DNA from: Rebecca billardiae RCC1528
Taxonomy: Eukaryota; Protista; Haptophyta
NCBI GenBank assembly: GCA_965240325.2
Contig: OZ251227.1
Coordinates: 744,001-808,000, forward strand
Length of the DNA: 64,000 nucleotides
Reading direction: 5' to 3'
The position numbers were made by a program, and so were the translations under genes. This document shows positions 48,020 through 57,375 of this stretch, piece by piece. The notes beneath the pieces are model-generated. The model saw only the letters and a list, made by a program, of their open reading frames with translations, made no database searches and was not told the origin of the DNA. Numbering within the stretch: the stretch's first letter is position 1; every line of letters starts with the position of its first letter.

Positions 48020-48670
48020 CTATTTTGAGGGGTTCTTTTTGCGAGCGGACGGCCGCGCGGACGGACGCAGTAACCGGATACCCTCGCTGCGAATGCCGGT
48101 GATAGGGCCCGTGAATCGCGCGGTGATGACCTGCGCACGGCGATTGGCGTTCGAACGCGTGGTCACGTTCGCGCCGGCGGGGATGATGTTGTTTTGCTCG
48201 ACGTCCGGGTCGCGCCCGCCTTGGCGCACGACCTTCCCTGCCTTGTCGAACACGTACCATTTTCCATCGACGGGGCGGCGCGCGCGCGTCAGTAGCCGGG
48301 CGACGTTCTCTTCGAGCTTTGCCGGATCGGAAATTTTGCGCCACTCCTTATCGAGCGGCGGCTTGACGAAGCCAAAGCCGGGGTTTGTGAGCGCGAGCAG
48401 GCGCTTCTCGGCGGGGAAGACCAAATTCGGAGACACGACCAAAAACCCGACTAACCTGAACGAATTCCCGGGCTTGGCGTAGGGCATCATATGGCGATAG
48501 CCTTTAAAGGTTCGACTCACAATATTAGCGGTGAGCCCCATTTTGAACAAACGGTTAGAAGTGTCCCACCCCGGAGCAATCACGTACAAGCCTGCCGCCG
48601 GCTTTCCCTCCGGAGTGCGCTTGAGCAAATTGGCGTTTTTCATAGCCATTTGGAATTGCGATGATTTCAT
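48020..48670 (-). CDS. T5orf172 / GIY-YIG-like nuclease-domain protein
   Basis: GLYVI...LFKMGLTANIVSR...AEKRL pattern. Confidence 0.65.
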   Translation of the reverse strand: MKSSQFQMAMKNANLLKRTPEGKPAAGLYVIAPGWDTSNRLFKMGLTANIVSRTFKGYRHMMPYAKPGNSFRLVGFLVVSPNLVFPAEKRLLALTNPGFGFVKPPLDKEWRKISDPAKLEENVARLLTRARRPVDGKWYVFDKAGKVVRQGGRDPDVEQNNIIPAGANVTTRSNANRRAQVITARFTGPITGIRSEGIRLLRPSARPSARKKNPSK

Positions 48671-48679
48671 CTTGGCTTT

Positions 48680-48952
48680 TTAGCTAATTATTACTCCGAT
48701 TTTACTCTCATTCGTAGCGAGCGACTTGGAGTCGCCCCACAGCAAGTGGCGGCTGTAATAGATGCCAGACTCGGGGTCGTCCCAGCCCTTATCGTGGCGA
48801 TGGCGAGCGATCCACGCCGATTTCTTCGCAGGATCGCCATGATCGATGTACGTCGACCCGCCACGCGCGCCAAAGTGGAGCGTCCGACCACCCGGCGAAG
48901 TCAGCATGAATCGCTTGTCTTTGCGCGTAGACCGTTTTAGGCGGCGATTCAT
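48680..48952 (-). CDS. Tlr6F-like (DUF5754) conserved PLV protein
   Basis: STRKDKRFM...TLHFGA..STYIDHGD..KK.AWIARH...YYSRHLLW. Confidence 0.85.
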   Translation of the reverse strand: MNRRLKRSTRKDKRFMLTSPGGRTLHFGARGGSTYIDHGDPAKKSAWIARHRHDKGWDDPESGIYYSRHLLWGDSKSLATNESKIGVIIS

Positions 48953-48984
48953 ATCTCATGCCTTATTAAAGAGGCCCTTTATTA

Positions 48985-51165
48985 ATGTCGTCGATTTTTG
49001 GCGACTCATCGAGCACCTCCGCAGCCATTGATGGATCCGTCCAGGCGCTCGGGACGGGCGCCGTGGCGTGGTCCGGCGTCGTGCGCACCACCATGACCGG
49101 TGAAGGCAGCTTGTCGGCGACCTTTGACCCGGCTTTGCCTGATGGCGAATTGACGCTGCGCTTGGCGGGCGACCGTGATGCTTTCAAAGTGACCAGCGCA
49201 ACCCTGACGCCGACGACCCTGAGCGTCACGTGGACCCGTCAATATCACGATGGAGTCAACCGCGTGTTCGACGAAGAAATCCACCCGTACTTTGATGTGC
49301 TCCTCGACGGCCAAGCAATCACGAGCTTTCCGATTAGCGGGCGGGGCGTGTACTCGCTCGACGGGGCCGTCGTCAATGGCGTCGTAACGCAAAGCTATTT
49401 TCAAAATCCGCTCGTGAATTTCCCGCTAAATGCTGATTTGCTCGACACGGCCGACCGGGGACTCTCCTTGGCTCTGGTCGGGACCACCGCGTTCGGTAAT
49501 GAGGCCGTCGAGGCCGCCGCAGATGGGGTGACGCTCACAGTGGACCACCCGGGCCACCACGACGGGAATTTGACCGTGTGCTGCTACTTGAGGGGCCCAC
49601 CGGCGCTGGGTACTTCCTACGTGCGCCAGGGTAGCGCGATTGCCTTCGCCGAGTGCCGCCTCGAAGCCCCGACCGCAAATACCATGTGCGAGACCTCGCT
49701 CGAATTTACGTCGGCCTCCAACCAGCTCGACGAGGACAACCGTGACCAGTGGAAGTACGTGGCGCTCGTGCAAGATGAGGCAAACACCCAAATATTCGTC
49801 GATCACACATTGGTGCACACCCGCAGCTTGGTAGGCGAGAAGCGGCTCTCTCTGTTTTACCCCACTAAAATCGGCCTCGCCCAATACGGTGCCGCTGCGC
49901 ACCTCGGAGTCTGGCCGAGCGCGCTGGATGCGTCGGAGCGGTTGGCCCACGCGGAATCGTGGCGGGGTGTTGTCGTGAAAAGAACGTGGCTGCTCGACGG
50001 CGACTTGCTCGAGGTCGACGGGGCCGCCGCCGCGCTGCAGCCCACGGCCGGCGATTATTTGATGACGAGTGGCTATCTCGAGATGCAAAGTACTAGCACG
50101 CTGCACCTGGGTCTCAACGAGATGCCCGACATGCTCGGCGGCGACCGCTTCTCGCTGGCGGCATGGGTGTACCGCCCGAACGACCAAGATAGCGTGCGCA
50201 TGTGGCTCCTCGAGGATGGCGTCACCGATTTCACATTCGAAATCATCGCTGGTCAGCTGCGCTCGGAGCTCGGCGCGACGGCGTTCCAGGACTTGGCAGG
50301 ACCGGCACACGGCGGATGGCACCACGTTGCGCAAACGGTGGACGGTACAGTCTCCAAAATCTATATCGATGGCGTGCTCGTGAGTACTGCTGCGCTGCCG
50401 GCCACTTTTACCCCGCTGCTCAGCATCATCGGCCACCGCTTTGCCACCATGCCCGCAGGTGTGCGCCTCTACGCGATGTCGATCGCGCGCGGTATCATCC
50501 ACGTGCCGACGGTGATGAATCTGTACTCACCATTGCCAAGCGGCGTTCATGCGCTGGCGAGTGCCGCATATTTTGGCAGCGTGGTTGATGAGACTGGTAA
50601 TGAGCCCGATCTGGTGCTCACGAATGTCTCGACTGGCAGCGCGGATGGCCACAACTATTTTGAGGCCACTACATCAGGTCCTGGGACTGCTGCAGTGCTC
50701 ACTCCAATATCCGACTGGAGCGGCGATGTGGACCGCGCAATCTCGCTGTGGTACTCATACAATACTGGGATCGTGCAGTCGTGGCTGTGGACAGCAGGAC
50801 CGTATAGCGACTACACCAGCATGCGCGTGCGCGCCACATCCATCCGCGTCGAGGCCTCGGTCTCGGAGGATGCTACTGTCACTCTCACCAGCGCTTGGGC
50901 ACACATCGTGCTCAACATGCCTGCCACTTCCAATGGGAACATGTCGATGTATGTGAATGGCGTAGCGGTCAGTGGATTCGGGAGCACAACCGCAGATCCG
51001 GCGCCCAACATGTCGACGATGGCTCTGTTTCAGCCCAGCGACTACATCCATCACGGTACTGGAGGCAAAATATCATCGTTCCTCTTTTTCAATGGCAAAA
51101 CGCTTTCACAGGAGGAAGTTACCGAGCTGTATGCACTCAATGGCGCCAATCCGTTCGCGGCGTAA
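48985..51165 (+). CDS. LamG/concanavalin-A-like repeat protein; candidate fibre or receptor-binding protein
   Basis: Three repeats of W.(H/Y)(V/I).....(I/M)(Y/F)(V/I)(D/N): WKYVALV..IFVD, WHHVAQTVDG..IYIDG, WAHIVL..MYVNG; also FSLAAWV and LSQEEVTELY. Confidence 0.75.
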   Translation: MSSIFGDSSSTSAAIDGSVQALGTGAVAWSGVVRTTMTGEGSLSATFDPALPDGELTLRLAGDRDAFKVTSATLTPTTLSVTWTRQYHDGVNRVFDEEIHPYFDVLLDGQAITSFPISGRGVYSLDGAVVNGVVTQSYFQNPLVNFPLNADLLDTADRGLSLALVGTTAFGNEAVEAAADGVTLTVDHPGHHDGNLTVCCYLRGPPALGTSYVRQGSAIAFAECRLEAPTANTMCETSLEFTSASNQLDEDNRDQWKYVALVQDEANTQIFVDHTLVHTRSLVGEKRLSLFYPTKIGLAQYGAAAHLGVWPSALDASERLAHAESWRGVVVKRTWLLDGDLLEVDGAAAALQPTAGDYLMTSGYLEMQSTSTLHLGLNEMPDMLGGDRFSLAAWVYRPNDQDSVRMWLLEDGVTDFTFEIIAGQLRSELGATAFQDLAGPAHGGWHHVAQTVDGTVSKIYIDGVLVSTAALPATFTPLLSIIGHRFATMPAGVRLYAMSIARGIIHVPTVMNLYSPLPSGVHALASAAYFGSVVDETGNEPDLVLTNVSTGSADGHNYFEATTSGPGTAAVLTPISDWSGDVDRAISLWYSYNTGIVQSWLWTAGPYSDYTSMRVRATSIRVEASVSEDATVTLTSAWAHIVLNMPATSNGNMSMYVNGVAVSGFGSTTADPAPNMSTMALFQPSDYIHHGTGGKISSFLFFNGKTLSQEEVTELYALNGANPFAA

Positions 51166-51209
51166 AATTCCACGGTACTAGTACCCGTACTGGTACCAGT
51201 ACTGGTAGT

Positions 51210-51845
51210 ATGATACCCACTGTATCGACCGCCGAAGGCGAAGCGCGCGTCGCGAAAGCGGCCTGGGACGCCGGTACCACGCTCGCCCGAGATCGCAAGT
51301 TCCTCATCGAGGCAAGCTATATGAGCAAGGCGGCAGCCCGACCGCACCTAGCCAAGCGCGGGTACCGACTCGATGAGCGCCTGTCGGATGAAGCGGACAA
51401 AGTAGCCGTGCACATCGCGAGCGGTCGGCCCGTCGTACTTTTCCGAGGCTCGGCATCATTCACCGACTGGGCCGTCTCGGACGTCCTGATCGCGCTGGGA
51501 TTGAGCGCCAAGGATCCACGCCACGCGCGCGCGCGCAAGCTGGTGGAGATCGTCAAGCGCAAATACGGGCAGTCCACCGCTGCGGTGGGGCACTCTCTGG
51601 GTGGGCACCTCGCCGAAGAAAGCGGCGCCTCGCAGATTCACACGTCACAAAAAGCGGCCGGTCTAAAAGATATCGGAAAGACTTTACCGAAAAGCCAGTT
51701 CGATACCCGCTCGCCGGGTGATATAGTGAGCGCGCTGTCGGTCACGCAGCGCGGTGGGCGCCGGCAGACCCTCGGGCGCGCCAGCTTTGTGGACGCTCTA
51801 CAGAGCCCAGCGTTGTTTGCCTTGAATCAGCACCGTGCTCGGTAA
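51210..51845 (+). CDS. Class 3 lipase-like alpha/beta hydrolase
   Basis: VVLFRGS..DW..D, GHSLGG nucleophile elbow, DIVS, terminal His. Start at ATG 51210. Confidence 0.88.
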   Translation: MIPTVSTAEGEARVAKAAWDAGTTLARDRKFLIEASYMSKAAARPHLAKRGYRLDERLSDEADKVAVHIASGRPVVLFRGSASFTDWAVSDVLIALGLSAKDPRHARARKLVEIVKRKYGQSTAAVGHSLGGHLAEESGASQIHTSQKAAGLKDIGKTLPKSQFDTRSPGDIVSALSVTQRGGRRQTLGRASFVDALQSPALFALNQHRAR

Positions 51846-51920
51846 TTTTAATCCGCGCTCGGTAATTCACGCTGAGTAATTCTTAGCGCTCGGTAATTCG
51901 CGCTGAGTAATTCTTAGCGC
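51838..51920. terminator. ~31-bp tandem repeat between convergent viral genes; possible 3'-end signal
   Basis: GCTCGGTAATTCRCGCTGAGTAATTCTTAGC, 2 copies plus a partial. Function inferred from position. Confidence 0.35.
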
Positions 51921-52207
51921 AAGTAACGATCCGCCCGGCTGGCAGCCGCGTCCGCGCGTCCGGCGATCTGGCGCCCGCGATTCACCGCTCGCCGCGCGGC
52001 TCCAGTGTAGGGGCTGGCGACGTCGCCGAGGCCCTCCGTACGATCGATTTCATTCAAAAATTGGTTTACGTCGCCGCCGATTTTGTCGACGCACGGCTTC
52101 AGGTGGTGCGCCGCCGAGCTGATGGGGCGGCCGAGTCGACGCGCTGTGTTTGCCAGCCCGCCGAGCCGACAGCGAATGCCTCGCGTGAGCCTGCCAAGAA
52201 ATGACAT
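51914..52207 (-). CDS. Small basic viral protein with an N-terminal amphipathic helix
   Basis: MSFLGRLTRGIR...; immediately downstream of MCP on the same strand. Confidence 0.65.
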   Translation of the reverse strand: MSFLGRLTRGIRCRLGGLANTARRLGRPISSAAHHLKPCVDKIGGDVNQFLNEIDRTEGLGDVASPYTGAARRAVNRGRQIAGRADAAASRADRYLR

Positions 52208-52242
52208 ATCGGTGTATAATTATCATATTTTTTTATTATTTT

Positions 52243-53556
52243 TTACACGGCGAACTGGAGCTGGTTCTGCGCGACCTCCATCATGACGTCGTGCAGGGCC
52301 CACGCATGCCACGTGAACGGCGCACCGTGGTTGCTGTCGGCCTCGAAAATGGCGTGCTCCGTGTCCAGGCGGCGGCCGTCGAAGAGGATGTCGGATTGCG
52401 AGAATGCCGACGTATTGAATGCTATGGCAAAAGCTGAGCTCGCGAAGCGCGCGCCGTTCACTTTGGAGGCGTAGTCGGCGACGCCAAGGGCGTTGAACGC
52501 CCGCACGAGCTCCGCGCGCGTCTCGGCGCCGCCATTCGTCGCGCTGACCGGCTGGTCTGGCACGAGCGTCGAGCCAATGCGCAGCTGCCACTTGGAGATG
52601 GCCGCGCGAGTGCGCAGCGTGACATCGCCCGCGTAAGCATTGCTGTTCGCATCCGGATAGGCGGCGATGATGATCGTATTGACACTCGCGAGGCGGAAGG
52701 GCAGCTGCCAGCTCGTCGCGGTGTTGGGTGATACGGAGTGCTGCGCGTGGAGGTAGCTCATCGACGGAACGTAGAGGTGGTCGAGGCTGCGCGCAATCTT
52801 GGTGTAGGCCGAATCCGAGAGCAGCACCGTGCCCAGCTGCATCTTGACGTCCTGGATCGATGGCATAGCCCCGGGATCAATCGTGTAAACGCCCCAGTCC
52901 TTCGTCTGCGCGAGGTGAATGTCCACGCGGAGGCCTTGGTGCAGCTCGGAGATGGGGATGGCCTTGCCGCAGAGCGCACCGAACACGTACACGAGCGGGA
53001 GGCACACCGTGAGCAAGCCGCTATTCGCGATGAGCGCACCCTTGGGCGCGTTGAGAGCATTGTTGATCGTCGCCTGCGACAGAGTCGCGGCGGTGACATC
53101 ATAATCGGCGCTGCCGAGCATCGAGGCAGTGGAGAAGCACGACGAAGGCCCCGACTGGAAATCCAGCAGGAGATTGTGCAGCAGGCCCGCCTTGCCCGTC
53201 GAGGCGATCATCTGAGAGCCGTGATAGGCGTCGATGCGCTCGATGAGGCTGTAAGCGCTCTGCGAGAGAGTCAGAGAGGTGCCAGAGGTGTTGTTAATCG
53301 TGAATTGAACGACGCTCTGGCTGGGATCCATCATAGCGCCTGGCGTACCCGTAGGCAGATCGAACTGGACCACCTGCCCCGGTGAGAAAGACGACGACGG
53401 CCCGGCATAGACGGTCGTGCGCTTGTACGTAGCGCCAACGGCCACTGGCTTGGGATTCGCAAAGTCGTAATACATCGGCGCCGTCTCCTCCTGCTCGAGC
53501 ACCATCGCCTCGTCCGCGCGAATGTCGTTCTTCATATACCGCCCGGCGTACGCCAT
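52243..53556 (-). CDS. Double jelly-roll major capsid protein (PLV type)
   Basis: 437 aa, beta-rich. SFSPGQVVQFDLP..MDPSQSVVQF, YSLIERI, LRVDIHL, WQLRIGSTLVP. Adjacent to penton and ATPase. Confidence 0.88.
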   Translation of the reverse strand: MAYAGRYMKNDIRADEAMVLEQEETAPMYYDFANPKPVAVGATYKRTTVYAGPSSSFSPGQVVQFDLPTGTPGAMMDPSQSVVQFTINNTSGTSLTLSQSAYSLIERIDAYHGSQMIASTGKAGLLHNLLLDFQSGPSSCFSTASMLGSADYDVTAATLSQATINNALNAPKGALIANSGLLTVCLPLVYVFGALCGKAIPISELHQGLRVDIHLAQTKDWGVYTIDPGAMPSIQDVKMQLGTVLLSDSAYTKIARSLDHLYVPSMSYLHAQHSVSPNTATSWQLPFRLASVNTIIIAAYPDANSNAYAGDVTLRTRAAISKWQLRIGSTLVPDQPVSATNGGAETRAELVRAFNALGVADYASKVNGARFASSAFAIAFNTSAFSQSDILFDGRRLDTEHAIFEADSNHGAPFTWHAWALHDVMMEVAQNQLQFAV

Positions 53557-53593
53557 TTATGTGTGTGTGTTTGGCTCCGACATTTTTTTAAAA

Positions 53594-54355
53594 TTACACA
53601 ACGACAAATTTGAGCACGACCGAGATTTCGGCACCGTTGAGATCCACTTCAGTCATCGTCTCAGAATCGAGGAGGCGCAGATCGAGATTTTGCACTGAGC
53701 GGCGGTTCGTCTCGAGGAGGTCGTCTGTTTGGCTCTGGTAAGCGAGGACTTGGCCGAAAGCAACCGTATTTTGGATGGTGACGAGAATATTGCTCGTCGA
53801 GCCTGAGTTCAAGGTCGAGTCGCGCGACTTTACGTCGAGGCCTTCGCACACGAGGTGGTAGCCGCGCGGAATCAGATCGACCACGGCAGGCGCCTCGATG
53901 CTTCCAGTAGCTGGTACGATGAGATCCGACTGCGCCAGACCCAAGACGCGCGTCGCGGCGGACGAGCCCTTGACCGTGATTGGGTTGGCGCTCGAGTTGG
54001 CAAACGTGAATTTACCGCGCGACGAGTCGAAGGTCGCCGTGAGCGTGGCGTTGACCGGCGAGCCCGCAAAGAGCGTGTCCAGCGCGGTGGCGAGCGAAGT
54101 GGCTGTGTAATTCTTGGGTGGGATTGTCATAGTGGTGTCGCCCCAATTCCCGGCGAGGCCAATCGCGCCATTGGAGGCGTCGACCGCATAACGGCACGAC
54201 GGGAAGCTCACCGACTCGACGGCGACGAGAATGCTCTCATCGTGGGTCGCCATGATCGGATGGCTCAGCGTAAAGTCAGCGGCGCTCGTCATCGTGCGCC
54301 CCAGCGGGAAGCGGTCCGCCTGAGCCGTGTGCAGGTGAAGCCGGTGAGTCGTCAT
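53594..54355 (-). CDS. Minor capsid protein (penton, single jelly roll)
   Basis: FTLSHPI..VESVSFP, IPPKNYT..LATAL, NILVTI, LDLRLLD..VDLNG..SVVLKF. Confidence 0.85.
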   Translation of the reverse strand: MTTHRLHLHTAQADRFPLGRTMTSAADFTLSHPIMATHDESILVAVESVSFPSCRYAVDASNGAIGLAGNWGDTTMTIPPKNYTATSLATALDTLFAGSPVNATLTATFDSSRGKFTFANSSANPITVKGSSAATRVLGLAQSDLIVPATGSIEAPAVVDLIPRGYHLVCEGLDVKSRDSTLNSGSTSNILVTIQNTVAFGQVLAYQSQTDDLLETNRRSVQNLDLRLLDSETMTEVDLNGAEISVVLKFVVV

Positions 54356-54509
54356 TGACAGTGGCGGAGATATTTACGTCGATATTTGGGGCGACGATTG
54401 GGGCGACGATTGCGTCGATGATCTCATCATCCAAGCCAGGACCCATCCGCTTGCGCGCGATGAATCTGGCGGCCGCCTCCCACGAAAAATCAAACATGGC
54501 GGGGTCCAT
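54276..54509 (-). CDS. Small viral hypothetical protein overlapping the penton start
   Basis: ATG preceded by GAAAA; fills the gap upstream of the penton. Confidence 0.4.
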   Translation of the reverse strand: MDPAMFDFSWEAAARFIARKRMGPGLDDEIIDAIVAPIVAPNIDVNISATVNDDSPASPAHGSGGPLPAGAHDDERR

Positions 54510-54556
54510 TTTTCGATCAAAATGGAGTGTCTATTATCTCTAGAACAGATATAAAA

Positions 54557-55018
54557 ATGGACGAGGCACCGCCGCCGCCGCCAGCGCTCGCCGTGCCGAT
54601 CAAGCAGCCCAAAGCACGCACGGCGGCGCAGATCAAAACCACCGAGGTGATGCGCTTGGCCAAGCTGCGAAACACGTACACCGAGTACGCCCAGCGGTAC
54701 GCCAATCTCGCGGCTCAAGAGCAAGCCAAAATCGACGAGTTGAACGCTACTGTGCCAGTGCCAGAGCCCCCGCCAATCAAGCGCATGACCCCACCGCCGC
54801 CGCCGAAGGAGCCCGACGAGGACACGCTGGTGCTCGAAGACGACCAGCCAATCGAGTCTACGCGAGCGCCACCGCCGCCGCCGCGGGCGCCGTCGCGGGC
54901 AGCGCCGAGGGCACCGCCGAGTGCGCCGCCGAGGGCACCGCCGAGGGCACCGCCGAGTGCGCCGCCGAGGGCACCGCCGAGTGCGGCACCGCCGCAAAGA
55001 AAACTGAGGTACATCTAG
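54557..55018 (+). CDS. Pro-rich viral protein with (APPS/APPR) repeats
   Basis: TATAAAAATG start; 12-bp tandem repeats at ~54885-54995. Confidence 0.7.
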   Translation: MDEAPPPPPALAVPIKQPKARTAAQIKTTEVMRLAKLRNTYTEYAQRYANLAAQEQAKIDELNATVPVPEPPPIKRMTPPPPPKEPDEDTLVLEDDQPIESTRAPPPPPRAPSRAAPRAPPSAPPRAPPRAPPSAPPRAPPSAAPPQRKLRYI

Positions 55019-55034
55019 AAAGCTCTATCTAAAA

Positions 55035-55739
55035 ATGCAGATTGCCGAAGAGGCAAATCAAGTCGATCTGAGACTACCGCGCATCACAGCGGACAAGCCG
55101 TTAAAGGTGGGCCTACCAGAGCCGCTGCCCAACCTGACCTTCCACTGGGGCGTGTTTGGCCCGCCACGCAGTGGCAAGTCGAGCCAGGTGGCGGGCTTGA
55201 TCACTGGCCCCTACCGAGGTGTTTTTGGAAATGTTATCTGGTGCGCACCGCAGACATCGATGGACTCGTTCGCAAAGTCGCCGCTGCGCGACCTGGAATT
55301 TGTGTTTACCGAATTTCATGGTGCGGTCCTGAACGAAATCATCGACATTGCCGAGGAGAATGCCGCCGGCGGCCGTCCAACGCTGCTGGTGATTGACGAT
55401 TTCGCGGCCAGCCTGCGCGACGCAAACCTGCAAAAGGCCTACGCCAAAATGGTGCAGAATCGGCGGCACATCCGACTTTCGATCATCGTGATCGCACAAG
55501 GCTATATGAGCGTGCCTCTGAATGTGCGCAAGCTGTTTTCAAACATTACCATGTTTCGCCCGAACAATTCCCGCGAGCTTACCGCGCTGCACTCCGAGCT
55601 CATCCCCATGTCAAAGGTGGACTTTATGGGAGTCTATCACTACATATTCGGAAATGAGCGTCCGCACACGTTCATGTTCATGGACGTTGATGGTGGCATT
55701 TTATATCGAGAGTGGAATCGGTTGCGTATTAAAAATTAA
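55035..55739 (+). CDS. A32/FtsK-HerA family genome-packaging ATPase
   Basis: Walker A GPPRSGKS, Walker B LLVIDD, and RRHIRLSIIVIAQ motif. Confidence 0.95.
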   Translation: MQIAEEANQVDLRLPRITADKPLKVGLPEPLPNLTFHWGVFGPPRSGKSSQVAGLITGPYRGVFGNVIWCAPQTSMDSFAKSPLRDLEFVFTEFHGAVLNEIIDIAEENAAGGRPTLLVIDDFAASLRDANLQKAYAKMVQNRRHIRLSIIVIAQGYMSVPLNVRKLFSNITMFRPNNSRELTALHSELIPMSKVDFMGVYHYIFGNERPHTFMFMDVDGGILYREWNRLRIKN

Positions 55740-55756
55740 TCCGTGCTAGCAGTAAC

Positions 55757-56551
55757 ATGGCGACTGCAGTCCATCACCACACCTTCCGCGACACGGTGCC
55801 AGCGCGAGTGACTCACTTCACGCTGAACGGCACGCCGTATGCCGGCGCCATGCACCACCGTGGCAAGAAAGACGGGTGGTGGTCCGGCTTGCATCCAGGT
55901 CCAAGCTCGCGCAAGCTCGTACACCACAAGAAGCCCATGATATTGCCTGCGCTGGTCACGATCGCCAGGCGAGGCCCACCTACCAAGACCAAGACCAGCT
56001 TTGGGCGCGTCGCCCCCGGCGTGTACGACCTCGGACAGTTCACGACGGACGAGGGTCACTACGATGCGAAGCACCTGAAATTCCCGCAACGCGATGCGAG
56101 CGGTCAGCCGATCTCGCGGCTGGTGGTGCGCTCGCAGCCGGCACCTACTATGACGAGCTCTGACTCCGCCAATCGTCCTGCTGGGAGACCCGCGGCGGCG
56201 CCCGCAACGCCCGCGAAGATCCTCGTGCCCGCGACGCCTTCCCCCGCCGGACCAAGCCGCTCGAGTTCTGTCAGAGTCCCGCCAGTACCGGACTCGTCTG
56301 GGGGTGCATCCGTTGATAATGAATTGCCTGTAGTTAGAAGCTCCACTCGAACTGCCAACAAGAATATTGCCGAAGACAGAATCAATTCATACCTCGATAA
56401 CTTCTTGGCGAGATCTAATCAGCTGGGCTGGACTCCCGAATTTCTAGAGCAGATAATTGCGGCAAATCTAAAGATTAGAGTAAATCTCGTCCGACAAATC
56501 CTGCGAGAGAGGGATGCTGCCGAGGCGCTGGCATCGCTTCGTGGATCTTAA
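55757..56551 (+). CDS. Viral hypothetical protein
   Basis: 264-aa ORF 17 bp after the ATPase; no motif recognised. Confidence 0.7.
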   Translation: MATAVHHHTFRDTVPARVTHFTLNGTPYAGAMHHRGKKDGWWSGLHPGPSSRKLVHHKKPMILPALVTIARRGPPTKTKTSFGRVAPGVYDLGQFTTDEGHYDAKHLKFPQRDASGQPISRLVVRSQPAPTMTSSDSANRPAGRPAAAPATPAKILVPATPSPAGPSRSSSVRVPPVPDSSGGASVDNELPVVRSSTRTANKNIAEDRINSYLDNFLARSNQLGWTPEFLEQIIAANLKIRVNLVRQILRERDAAEALASLRGS

Positions 56552-56570
56552 TGAAATCTTAGTCGCTGTT

Positions 56571-56684
56571 ATGTGGTGTGCTCTGCTGTTTGCGCTTGTA
56601 GTTGGAACTAGCATTGGCCAGTTCATTTGGATTGCGTTCTTGATGCCTGCTCCTAAGGCGATACCGCGGGAGAAGCCTTCTTAG
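56571..56684 (+). CDS. 37-aa predicted single-pass membrane peptide (not in the ORF track)
   Basis: MWCALLFALVVGTSIGQFIWIAFLMPAPKAIPREKPS*, read by hand. Confidence 0.4.
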   Translation: MWCALLFALVVGTSIGQFIWIAFLMPAPKAIPREKPS

Positions 56685-56972
56685 CGGAAGTGGTATACAA
56701 GCACCTTGCCCTTGATGGCCATGCCGCGCACCGCATCGGCTACCTCGAACACAGGCGTATCGTACAGTTTGATGTAGGCCTCAGCATCGAGCAGCTCGAT
56801 GTCGATGAGATCAAAGGTGCGAGTGCGCTGGAGGCGCTTGCTCAGGTAGCCGTCGCGAAGCGTGATGGTCGCTCAGGTACTTACCCGATGGCTTGCGCAC
56901 CTCCGTGCGCCGGCCCTCGTCGAGCCACGTCGAGTCACGGTCGAGCGGGAGCGAGACCGTTGGGGTAACCAT
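56681..56972 (-). pseudogene. Frameshifted small viral gene, possibly ASCH/PUA-like
   Basis: MVTPTVSLPLDRDSTWLDEGRRTEVRKPSGKYLS, then a frame change at ~56872 to TITLRDGYLSKRLQRT...GKVLVYHFR*. Confidence 0.35.
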
Positions 56973-57000
56973 CGTGCGGTGCGTGGCTTCGTGGGGCTCC

Positions 57001-57345
57001 GTGAGCGCGCTTTTCACCTAGGCCGCTTGTCTTTAACTACGAACCGCCACGGGCTTCGTGGGGGGCTTCGTGGGGCTCTGTGAGGGCGCTTTTTCACCTA
57101 GACCGCTTGTCTTTAACTACGAACCGCCACGGGCTTCGTGGGGGCTTCGTGGGGCTCTGTGAGGGCGCTTTTCATGAGGGTCGCTATCCTTTAACTGCAC
57201 ATGAGTCCGGATGCTCAAAAATGAGTTCAGTACGGTGGGGCTTCGTGGGGCTTCGTGGGGCTTCGTGGGGCTTCGTGGGGCGGCTCGGGGCTCGTGGTGG
57301 GATGGTGGCTCGTGGGTCGTCGTGGGTCGTCGTGGGTCGTGGTGG
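57001..57345. repeat. Right subterminal repeats of the virus
   Basis: ~79-bp unit x2.5 (57001, 57080, 57159); 10-bp units GGCTTCGTGG and GTCGTCGTGG. Confidence 0.9.
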
Positions 57346-57375
57346 GGTGGGGTGGCGGCGGCGTGGCGGTGGCGG

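Noticed and set aside
52243-55739. Virophage (Lavidaviridae) or canonical Maverick assignment
   Set aside because: The 437-aa MCP is shorter than typical virophage MCPs, and neither a maturation protease gene nor an rve integrase is recognisable; the gene set fits a PLV better.
56872-56884. 13-nt GTAAGT...AG intron that would repair the small viral ORF
   Set aside because: Too short for a credible spliceosomal intron; an indel is simpler.
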